From positions 51,091 to 89,419 of the forward strand of contig FR889406.1 of the NCBI GenBank assembly GCA_000432895.1: 38,329 nt of DNA. The letters run 5' to 3'. The DNA comes from Firmicutes bacterium CAG:449 (lineage in GTDB: Bacteria; Bacillota_I; Bacilli_A; RFN20; CAG-449). Every line of letters starts with the position of its first letter. Position 1 is the first letter of the stretch. Below the pieces are notes generated by a model that was given only the letters and a program-made list of their open reading frames with translations, did not search any database and was not told the origin of the DNA. This document shows, in pieces, positions 31,364 to 38,329 of the stretch. The translations under genes were made by a program, and so were the position numbers.

Positions 31364-31638
31364 TATTGAAACCTCTTAAATAAAGTAACTATATTATCGA
31401 TTTCTTCTAATTCATTATTTTTTATACATTCAACTAAACATGTATGCATGTGTTCATCAAGAATCACATTAGCAAGCGATTTAATTGATTTATCAATCGC
31501 TGATAATTGAATTAAAACATCATCACAATATTTATCATTAATAATCATTTTTTCAATTCCACTTACTTGTCCTTGAATTTTATGAATTCTTGCTAATAAT
31601 TTGTTTTTTTTATCATCTTCTCTTTTTTTAGTTTTCAT
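31363..31638 (-). CDS. csoR: CsoR-family copper-sensing repressor
   Basis: The 91-aa product has the RIHKIQGQVSGIEKMI helix and C-H-C ligand positions (YCDDV...HMHTC). A TAATG overlap links it to copA. Confidence 0.88.
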   Translation of the reverse strand: MKTKKREDDKKNKLLARIHKIQGQVSGIEKMIINDKYCDDVLIQLSAIDKSIKSLANVILDEHMHTCLVECIKNNELEEIDNIVTLFKRFQ

Positions 31639-31655
31639 AAATAACCTCCTTTTTT

Positions 31656-31684
31656 AATATATACCCTACTGGGGTATATTTCAA
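31656..31684 (-). promoter_or_regulatory. csoR-copA promoter: -35 TTGAAA (31684..31679), -10 TATATT (31661..31656), with a CsoR-type operator ATATACCC-N5-GGGTATAT (31659..31679) filling the 17-nt spacer
   Basis: A perfect 8-bp inverted repeat with a G/C-tract core was read directly. It resembles the TACCC-N-GGGTA operators known for CsoR regulators. Confidence 0.7.
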
Positions 31685-31686
31685 GC

Positions 31687-31720
31687 AAAAAATTTAGATA
31701 ACCGTTAATTCAGTTATCTA
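31687..31720 (-). terminator. Rho-independent terminator after the DUF2188-like gene
   Basis: The stem is TAGATAAC (31695..31702) / GTTATCTA (31713..31720) with a 10-nt loop. On the minus strand it is followed by a T6 run. Confidence 0.6.
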
Positions 31721-31729
31721 ATTTTTATG

Positions 31730-31945
31730 TTACTTATTTTTTTGGTTCTTTTTAGTTTTTGTTTGAGTTTTATTTAAAACTTCTAACTCTGCGCCTGCTT
31801 CCATTGCATATTTTCTTCCAACTTGTACCGCTTCTTTCTTAGTTGAAAAATGATTTGGAAGAACTTTTCCACCAGGAGTTTCTATCTCCCAATTGTTTTC
31901 TTCTTTGCATGGTCGACAAGTAACTTTTTTTTGAGTACTTTTCAT
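31730..31945 (-). CDS. Small basic DUF2188-like protein
   Basis: The 71-aa product has NWEIETPGGKVLPNHFSTKKEAVQVGRKYAMEAGAELEVL, which fits the DUF2188 pattern (W.v...g....f.tk.eAi..a...A...g.el.ih). SD AAAGGA precedes the start. Confidence 0.55.
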   Translation of the reverse strand: MKSTQKKVTCRPCKEENNWEIETPGGKVLPNHFSTKKEAVQVGRKYAMEAGAELEVLNKTQTKTKKNQKNK

Positions 31946-32004
31946 TTGTAATCCTTTCTAAGAGTTGCCTCCTAAAATTAGTATTATCAAATAATGAAAA
32001 AATA

Positions 32005-32184
32005 TTATTTAATTTTATTCTTACAAAATTTTTTATATTTTTTTGTACTTATTCTAAATTCTTGATTAAATGGTTCTTCTTGAGGTCCACATTGACTTTC
32101 ATCATAAATAACATCGTTTGCCATTTCGTTTAAAAGATTTTTTTCTCTTTCTAAAAAAGTGTTTTCGTATAAAGTTTTTTTCAT
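32005..32184 (-). CDS. Hypothetical 59-aa protein
   Basis: I prefer ATG 32184 (MKKTLYENTF...) with SD TAGGAGT 8 nt upstream over the track TTG at 32190. I recognised no family. Confidence 0.4.
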   Translation of the reverse strand: MKKTLYENTFLEREKNLLNEMANDVIYDESQCGPQEEPFNQEFRISTKKYKKFCKNKIK

Positions 32185-32217
32185 TTGCAAATACTCCTAA
32201 TTCTAGTATTTGCAAAT
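32183..32217. promoter_or_regulatory. 13-bp perfect inverted repeat ATTTGCAAATACT-N9-AGTATTTGCAAAT enclosing the SD and start codon of the 59-aa ORF
   Basis: Read directly. The arms are 32183..32195 and 32205..32217. In the mRNA sense the loop is AGAATTAGG. Confidence 0.6.
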
Positions 32218-32222
32218 TTTAA

Positions 32223-33113
32223 TTAATTATAAAATTTAACTACATCATCAAAAACAACTTGATGATTTTCTTCATTTAATATCTCATGTCTCATATGAGG
32301 ATAATTTATTCTTTCGATATTTTTAAATCCTGCTTTAATTAAAGTATTATAAGAATCTTCTTCACCATTTTTTCCACCTACACATGGATCATCTTCACCT
32401 CTAATTAATAACATTTTTAAATTTTCATTAACATTATGATATCTTTTTTCTTTATGCATTAAACATACTAACTTTACTAAATCAAAATAAGCTGAAGAAG
32501 TAAAACCAAATCCACATAATGGATCTTCATCAAATGAATGAACATTTTCTTTATTATAACTAATCCAAGAAGATTCGCTTTCAGGATTATCAATTTGTTT
32601 ATTAAAAGAGCCCGTTGATAAATTCTTTAACATTTTAGACTTACTCTTTTTACCTTTAAAAATAGAGATTAATTTTGCTATAGGTAAACCAAATGGAGCC
32701 ATCTTTTGATAATTAGGATAGCCACATAAAACAACTTTATCATAATAAGAAGAATACTCTTGTAAGAAAACTCTAGAAATAATTGTTCCCATTGAATGTG
32801 CAAATAAATAACAAGGAACATCATATAACTTTGAAATATATTTTCTTATTTCTAATTGATCTTGGATTAAGCGTCTATAGCCTTCTTTTTCATGAAAAAA
32901 GCCAAGTAAAGGAGCATTTTTACCATGCCCTCTCATATCCGCAATAACTACCGCAAAACCATTTTTATTTAAAAATAAACAAAACTCATCATATCTTTCT
33001 TTATGCTCTTCCATACCATGAGCAATTTGAATCACAGCTTTTGGTTTATCAATATCATAAATAGATAATGATAATAAATAATCATCACTTGCTTTTAAAA
33101 ATTCTTCTTTCAT
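32223..33113 (-). CDS. Alpha/beta hydrolase (lysophospholipase / monoacylglycerol lipase-like)
   Basis: It has HGMEEHKERYDEF...ADMRGHGKN, the nucleophile elbow AHSMGT, and a C-terminal His in MRHEILNE. Confidence 0.8.
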   Translation of the reverse strand: MKEEFLKASDDYLLSLSIYDIDKPKAVIQIAHGMEEHKERYDEFCLFLNKNGFAVVIADMRGHGKNAPLLGFFHEKEGYRRLIQDQLEIRKYISKLYDVPCYLFAHSMGTIISRVFLQEYSSYYDKVVLCGYPNYQKMAPFGLPIAKLISIFKGKKSKSKMLKNLSTGSFNKQIDNPESESSWISYNKENVHSFDEDPLCGFGFTSSAYFDLVKLVCLMHKEKRYHNVNENLKMLLIRGEDDPCVGGKNGEEDSYNTLIKAGFKNIERINYPHMRHEILNEENHQVVFDDVVKFYN

Positions 33114-33125
33114 TATAATCTCCTA

Positions 33126-33779
33126 CTAATTATTTACCCATTTTATTTCTTGTCTATTATGTTGTTTTAAAAATTCATTGGCTTTTTTAAAATGATTGTT
33201 ATTAAAAAAACCATGGTACGCTGATAATGGAGAAGGATGTGCCGAAGTTAAAATCAAATGATTTTTATTATGAATATATTTCATAACACTTTTTGCAGAA
33301 TTTCCCCATAAAATGAAAACTTTAGGATTATCATCATTATCCAAAACTTTAATAACATTTTCAATTAAAGTTTCATAACCATAATTTTGATGTGACATTG
33401 GTTCATTTTTTCTCACAGTTAATAATGAGTTTAACAATAAGACACCTTGTTTAGCTAGATATGTTAAATCACCATTATTTTTCATTTTAACATGATATTC
33501 ATTTTCAATTTCTTTAAAAATATTTTTTAAAGAAGGTGGTAGTACTTCATTTTCAGGAACTGAAAAAGCAAGCCCCATTGCTTGATGAGGATTATGATAA
33601 GGATCTTGCCCCATAATTACCACCTTAACATCATTAAAAGGTGTTAATTTAAAAGCATTATAAATAAGATTTAAAGGTGGATAAACAATTTTACAATTAT
33701 ATTCTTGTAAGACTTTTTCATGTAAATTTTGATAATAAGGTAACTCTCTTTGTGAGTTAAAAAAATCTTTCCATTCCAT
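33126..33779 (-). CDS. ung: Uracil-DNA glycosylase
   Basis: It has the catalytic motif GQDPYH, the LLLN leucine-loop region and HPSPLSA. Confidence 0.93.
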   Translation of the reverse strand: MEWKDFFNSQRELPYYQNLHEKVLQEYNCKIVYPPLNLIYNAFKLTPFNDVKVVIMGQDPYHNPHQAMGLAFSVPENEVLPPSLKNIFKEIENEYHVKMKNNGDLTYLAKQGVLLLNSLLTVRKNEPMSHQNYGYETLIENVIKVLDNDDNPKVFILWGNSAKSVMKYIHNKNHLILTSAHPSPLSAYHGFFNNNHFKKANEFLKQHNRQEIKWVNN

Positions 33780-33780
33780 A

Positions 33781-35511
33781 TTATTTCACCTCAACATCAA
33801 GTGGTTTAGTTGGTTTAGTTATTTTTTCTTCTTCAAGTTGTTGTTTTTTTGCACTTGTTAATTTTTTTGTTCCTTTTTTAATTAAAACTTTATTATTTAC
33901 TTTTCTTTTTGAAAGAGCAGATGCTTTTGTTCTATTAATATGTCTAGAAGGAATATTTTTTTCTTCTTCACTCATTGATAAACTTTCTGAATTTGAAGTT
34001 TTAACAATATATTCTTTTGTTTGTTCATTATTAATAATTTCTATTGGCTTTATTGACTTTTTTTCTTGAATCTTTTTATCAATAATTAAAGGTTTTACAT
34101 ATTCTTTTAATTTATTAACTTTTTCTTCATTATTATTTTTTAAAGTAGAAACAATAACTTCTCTATCTTCATAATCTACAATAGTTGGAACTTGTTCATC
34201 ATTATACAATTTAACATTATTGTTTTCATCAATTACATCAACATTATATTTTTTTACTTTATCTTCAATATTAAGTGTTGTTTCTACTTGATATTTTTCA
34301 AAAGTTTCTTCTTTATCATCCAATGAATCATTATAATATGAATCCTCTTCTTCAATTGTTTCAATAACTGGTTCTTCTTCTAAAATGATATCTGTTTCTT
34401 CATCACCAACAAAACGAGTTTCTCTTCTTGATAATGGTTTTTGTAATTCATTATTATCTTCTTCAATAACACCTAAATCAGTAACACCAGTTGAAATATC
34501 ATCGATATAATTTTGTTCAGGTGTTTGATTTTTTATTTCTTTATTATTTTGTTTATTTGTTGATTCAGCAATCACATCAACATGATTATCAACTTCTGTA
34601 TCAATAACATTATCATTATATAATGTCCTATTTTTTTCAGATATACGATTTTCTTTTTTACTTCTTACCCAAGCTTTATATTCAATATCTTCTAACCTTT
34701 TTACATATTTTTGTTTTGCTTTTCTTGCTCTAATTCTTGCTCGATGTTTTCTATAAAATCCAGATGGGATAGTCCCAATTAACCATAATATTGATAAAAC
34801 TAAAACTATTGCAATTGCATAAACAATAATTTCTAATATTGAATTAGTAAAAAATCTATTAGCGACATTTTTAATATATATTCCAACAAAATTAGCTAGA
34901 TGAAAACCTACACTACCTAATTTTTCACCAAAAAAAGAATAATAATCAAAATGAAATAAATTATTACTCGCATTAGCATCAACAACTTCATTAAACCATT
35001 TTAAACCTAATTCATTCCCATTAAACACTTCATCATATCTTAGAAAAAATAAACCAACTAAAAAGCACAATTCAATAAGTAAAAAAAACAGTCTCCACCC
35101 AGGAAATCTTTTTTCATATAGTCGCCATTCAAATTTTGCTTTTTCTTCTTCAGTTAAAGAAATTTGTTGATTTTGTAAAGCATTTCTTAATCTTTTTTTT
35201 CTATTATGTTTTTGAATCAAAACAATGATTCCAAAAACTAATAAATAAACAATACTAAAAGCAATAAAAATAAGTCCAGCATAAATTAAAGGATGTAATT
35301 GGTCACCAGTTAAGTTTTCTTTAATAAAATCTAAATGAACATTAGAAAACAATTGAGCAAAGTTACTATAAAAATTTCTAACACTATTTAAAACACTTTC
35401 AAAAAAGGAATTAACTCCTATTAGTGCATTATAAATAGTATTGACTTCTGCACAAATACTGATTCCAAAATAAACAATAAATATTACTATTAAACCAATA
35501 AATCTTTTCAT
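33781..35511 (-). CDS. Hypothetical polytopic membrane protein with a long K/E/N-rich C-terminal tail
   Basis: The 576-aa product has about 5 TM helices in the first 250 aa, then RKHRARIRARKAKQK, then ~300 aa of charged low-complexity sequence. Its stop codon is 1 nt from the ung start. Confidence 0.6.
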   Translation of the reverse strand: MKRFIGLIVIFIVYFGISICAEVNTIYNALIGVNSFFESVLNSVRNFYSNFAQLFSNVHLDFIKENLTGDQLHPLIYAGLIFIAFSIVYLLVFGIIVLIQKHNRKKRLRNALQNQQISLTEEEKAKFEWRLYEKRFPGWRLFFLLIELCFLVGLFFLRYDEVFNGNELGLKWFNEVVDANASNNLFHFDYYSFFGEKLGSVGFHLANFVGIYIKNVANRFFTNSILEIIVYAIAIVLVLSILWLIGTIPSGFYRKHRARIRARKAKQKYVKRLEDIEYKAWVRSKKENRISEKNRTLYNDNVIDTEVDNHVDVIAESTNKQNNKEIKNQTPEQNYIDDISTGVTDLGVIEEDNNELQKPLSRRETRFVGDEETDIILEEEPVIETIEEEDSYYNDSLDDKEETFEKYQVETTLNIEDKVKKYNVDVIDENNNVKLYNDEQVPTIVDYEDREVIVSTLKNNNEEKVNKLKEYVKPLIIDKKIQEKKSIKPIEIINNEQTKEYIVKTSNSESLSMSEEEKNIPSRHINRTKASALSKRKVNNKVLIKKGTKKLTSAKKQQLEEEKITKPTKPLDVEVK

Positions 35512-35597
35512 TTTTTATGATTCCTTATATTAAAAGTATAATAAAGAAAAACTAATTAATCAAGCAAGATTTTTTTACACTAAAAACCTTATAGCAA

Positions 35598-35623
35598 TTA
35601 AAAAGTTGTCTTTTAAAGACAAC
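35598..35623 (-). terminator. Rho-independent terminator after smpB
   Basis: The stem is GTTGTCTT / AAGACAAC (35605..35623). On the minus strand it is followed by TTTTTAATT. Confidence 0.65.
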
Positions 35624-35630
35624 CCCAAAA

Positions 35631-36092
35631 TTAATATCTATTATGATTTTTAATGCTAGAATCAACTTCTTTTTTTATTGATTTAGTTTTTTCAGTTTCT
35701 CTTTTGTCAAAAAGTTTTTTACCCTTTGCTAAAGCTATCTCAACTTTAGCTCTTCCTTTAAGTAAATACACTTTTGTAGGAACAATAGTAAAACCTTTTT
35801 CTTGAACTTTTTTTGCATATTTATAGATTTCTTGTTTATGAAGTAACAATTTTCTAGTTCTTAATTGGTCGTGATTAAAAATATTACCTTTATCATATGG
35901 AGGAATATTCATATTTAAAAGAAACATTTCTCCATTTTTACAAATAATATAAGCATCATTTAAAGAACCACCATTCTTTCTTAATGATTTAATTTCCGTT
36001 CCTTTTAAAGCAATTCCACATTCAAGAAAATCACTTAAAAAATATTCATAATGTGCTTTTTTATTGTTTACGACGATTTTTGTATCTTCCAT
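35631..36092 (-). CDS. smpB: SsrA-binding protein SmpB
   Basis: It has NKKAHYEYFL, GTEIKSLR and a C-terminal basic tail. I prefer ATG 36092 (SD AAGGTGA 5 nt upstream) over the track GTG at 36101. It overlaps the 3' end of rnr by 32 nt. Confidence 0.92.
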   Translation of the reverse strand: MEDTKIVVNNKKAHYEYFLSDFLECGIALKGTEIKSLRKNGGSLNDAYIICKNGEMFLLNMNIPPYDKGNIFNHDQLRTRKLLLHKQEIYKYAKKVQEKGFTIVPTKVYLLKGRAKVEIALAKGKKLFDKRETEKTKSIKKEVDSSIKNHNRY

Positions 36093-38157
36093 GATTATCA
36101 CCTTTAATTATATTAAACGTTATTTGATATTTTTGCAAATCAACATTACAACATATTACTTTAACTTTTTTTCCTAAAGAAAATTCTTTTCCTTTTCTAA
36201 CTCCATATGCACGATATACTTCTTCATCAAAAATATAATAATCTCCAGAAATAGAATCAAAAGGTACAAAACCTTGTAATCCATTTTCAATTTCTACAAA
36301 CATTCCTTGGTTAGAAAAAGAAACAATCGTGGATAAATATTCTTCACCTAAATGATTTGCCATATATTTACAACATAATAATGACTCAACAGTTCTTTCA
36401 ATATTTAACGCTCTTCTTTCTCTAGTGGAACATAATTGACATTTTAAAGCTAAACTCACTTTATCTTCTTCAGAAGATTGTTTATTATTATGAACAATAT
36501 ATTTATCGATTAAGCGGTGAACCATTAAATCTGGATATCTTCTAATTGGCGAAGTAAAATGCGTATATGATTTACTTGCTAAACCAAAATGATGCTTATT
36601 AGAAATTGAATATTTAGCCTTTGCTAAGCATCTTAATAATAAGCTTGATAATACCACTCTATCTTCTTCTTTAACACTATTTAAATAATTTGCTAAATCT
36701 AAAGAAGTACAACTTAATGGATCAACATTGCATGGATATCCTTTTGATAAACTAATTCTTTGAAACGATTCAAGTTTTTTTGCTTTAGGTTGTTCATGAA
36801 TTCTAAACACCATATCTAATTTCATTTTTTCAATACTAGAAGCTACTATTTCATTTGCTTTAATCATTAAATCTTCAATTAATTTTTCACCAATATCTTG
36901 TTTTCTTTTTTCGATAGAAATAGGTGTTCCTTGTTCATCAAGATGAAAACTAAGTTCAGTTGATGACAAATTAAGTCCACCTTTTTTCTCTCTTTGTTTT
37001 CTAATAATATTACTTACTTCAGAAAGATTTATTAACATTGTTTCTAAATCATTATATTCTTGTTTATTATAACGCTCTTCATTCAAAAACTTATTCACAT
37101 AATTATATGTTAAACGATATTTTGAATTAATGACACCTTTACAAATATGTGTAGTTAAAATATGGCCTTGCTCATCAATAGAAAATAAACAACTTGTTAC
37201 AAGCCTATCTACATGTGGATTTAATGAGCATATTCCATTAGATAATTCAAAAGGAAGCATTGGTACTACCCGATCTTGAACATATAAAGATGTCGCTCTA
37301 TTTAACGCTTCTTTATCAAGAGGAGAATTTTCTTTAACATAATAAGAAACATCCGCAATATGAACTCCAACATAATAAATATCATCAACTTTACTAACTT
37401 CTACAGCATCATCAAAGTCTTTTGCGTCATCACCATCAATAGTAACAATTAAATGATCTCGATAATCTTCTCTATTTTTATAATCATTTTTTTTAACTTC
37501 ACTAGGAATATTTTTTACTTCATTAATAACATCTTCATTAAATTCAAGAGGTGCATTATTAAAAAGAATGATTCTTGTAACATCCATTCCAATATCATTT
37601 TTATGTCCTAAAATATTAATAACTTCCACTACAGATGAAGAAGAAGAAATCTTCTTAATTTTTGCTTCTACTATTTGATGATTTTTTATTTGTAAATCAC
37701 TATTAATTAAAAACAAAAAATCAGGTCGAGCAATTTTATCTACTTTTAAAACTTTTGTTGAGCCAAATACAACTACTTCACCCACTAAAATACTTCTTGC
37801 TCTTTTAGTAACTTTAACTACTTCATATTCATCTTTTTCACCAAAAGAAGAGATTTTCTTTAATAAAACTTTATCATCTAAAAAAGCATTTTTTAAATTA
37901 TTAATGCTAATATATAAATCTTCATCTTCACTAACATTAGCAAAAGCAAATTTTTCTTTAATAGAAATAATGACTGCCGGAATTAAATTCAATTCACTAG
38001 TTAAATAATAACGATTTTTAACTTTTTCAATTAAACCATCTTGTTCAAGTAATAATAAATACTCATTAATTACCTTTTTTTCCACATCAAATAAACTTAC
38101 AAGTTCATCGTAAGTAGGATGATTTTCTTTAATAATTCTTTTTATATTTTCAATCAT
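36061..38157 (-). CDS. rnr: Ribonuclease R
   Basis: It has the RNB catalytic region (TIDGDDAKDFDDAV, HFGL...YTHFTSPIRRYPDL) and a C-terminal S1-like domain. I prefer ATG 38157 (SD GGGAGA at 38167..38162) over the track TTG at 38169. Confidence 0.92.
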   Translation of the reverse strand: MIENIKRIIKENHPTYDELVSLFDVEKKVINEYLLLLEQDGLIEKVKNRYYLTSELNLIPAVIISIKEKFAFANVSEDEDLYISINNLKNAFLDDKVLLKKISSFGEKDEYEVVKVTKRARSILVGEVVVFGSTKVLKVDKIARPDFLFLINSDLQIKNHQIVEAKIKKISSSSSVVEVINILGHKNDIGMDVTRIILFNNAPLEFNEDVINEVKNIPSEVKKNDYKNREDYRDHLIVTIDGDDAKDFDDAVEVSKVDDIYYVGVHIADVSYYVKENSPLDKEALNRATSLYVQDRVVPMLPFELSNGICSLNPHVDRLVTSCLFSIDEQGHILTTHICKGVINSKYRLTYNYVNKFLNEERYNKQEYNDLETMLINLSEVSNIIRKQREKKGGLNLSSTELSFHLDEQGTPISIEKRKQDIGEKLIEDLMIKANEIVASSIEKMKLDMVFRIHEQPKAKKLESFQRISLSKGYPCNVDPLSCTSLDLANYLNSVKEEDRVVLSSLLLRCLAKAKYSISNKHHFGLASKSYTHFTSPIRRYPDLMVHRLIDKYIVHNNKQSSEEDKVSLALKCQLCSTRERRALNIERTVESLLCCKYMANHLGEEYLSTIVSFSNQGMFVEIENGLQGFVPFDSISGDYYIFDEEVYRAYGVRKGKEFSLGKKVKVICCNVDLQKYQITFNIIKGDNHGRYKNRRKQ

Positions 38158-38167
38158 AATTTCTCCC

Positions 38168-38195
38168 AAAGAAAAAGGGCCTTTTTTCGACCCTT
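38168..38195 (-). terminator. Hairpin plus T-run between secG and rnr
   Basis: The minus strand reads AAGGGTC-GAAAAAA-GGCCCTT, a 7-bp stem with one G-U pair, followed by TTTCTTT. It overlaps the secG stop codon. Confidence 0.45.
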
Positions 38196-38329
38196 AGAAA
38201 TACTTAATAATTAAAGCAGCAAAGAAAAATAAAATTCCCATTATCAAGGTTAACCTTGAAACAATAACTTCACTACCTCTTTCTTTTGTTTTTGCAAAAA
38301 TATTCATTTTACTTGAACCAGTAATAGCA
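38194..38329 (-). CDS. secG: Preprotein translocase subunit SecG, 3' part only (5' end beyond the window)
   Basis: It is not in the ORF track because it is truncated. My translation is ...AITGSSKMNIFAKTKERGSEVIVSRLTLIMGILFFFAALIIKYF, ending at stop 38196..38194. The pattern and the secG-rnr-smpB synteny are typical of Bacillota. Confidence 0.7.
   Translation of the reverse strand, partial: AITGSSKMNIFAKTKERGSEVIVSRLTLIMGILFFFAALIIKYF

Noticed and set aside
35512-35630. An expected tmRNA gene (ssrA) directly downstream of smpB, as in many Bacillota.
   Set aside because: The gap is only 119 nt and contains just a terminator hairpin. No GC-rich tRNA-like acceptor or T-arm sequence (GGTTCGA-type) appears here or anywhere else in the window.

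Overview
This is a 38.3-kb window from a very AT-rich Bacillota-type chromosome, roughly one quarter G+C by eye. It uses the standard code: TGA is a stop at 8740..8742 and Trp is TGG. Genes are tightly packed, and several convergent pairs abut or overlap at their stop codons.

Housekeeping backbone. On the + strand lies the conserved block dnaX-ybaB-recR-tmk-holB-ricT-rsmI (11.5-17.5 kb). On the - strand lie secG (partial)-rnr-smpB, a large membrane protein-ung-alpha/beta hydrolase unit, csoR-copA-asd-cvpA-like, and ntdP. hpt is on the + strand. A GerQ-like gene suggests a spore former. I found no rRNA, tRNA, tmRNA, SRP RNA, CRISPR array or intact mobile element.

Accessory content.
- A truncated AAA+ ATPase gene sits at the left edge.
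- A four-ORF signalling operon (5259..1444, - strand) encodes a 7TMR-DISM-type receptor, a SARP-type response regulator, and a LytS-type kinase split by a frameshift. The receptor's cytoplasmic tail looks like a catalytically dead copy of the LytS-type kinase core.
- Next to it is a monocistronic 706-aa protein that combines a canonical prepilin signal with a Cys-motif and beta-helix-like domain. No pilus machinery is in the window.
- An ABC exporter has two ATPase genes and a permease with a large ectodomain.
- A TetR regulator has a palindromic operator-like 20-mer that recurs in front of that ABC operon 10 kb away.
- There is a 5'-truncated AbiEii toxin remnant with elevated G+C.
- An AlbA_2/HATPase_c_4 (COG2865-type) gene is driven by a consensus promoter preceded by four 20-bp-phased direct repeats.
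- copA carries an in-frame C-terminal CopZ-like module that keeps its own Shine-Dalgarno sequence.

Best candidate for something undescribed: the left 7.6 kb, combining the pseudokinase receptor, regulator and kinase with the orphan prepilin-anchored surface protein. All functional calls rest on motif recognition by eye. No database search was run.
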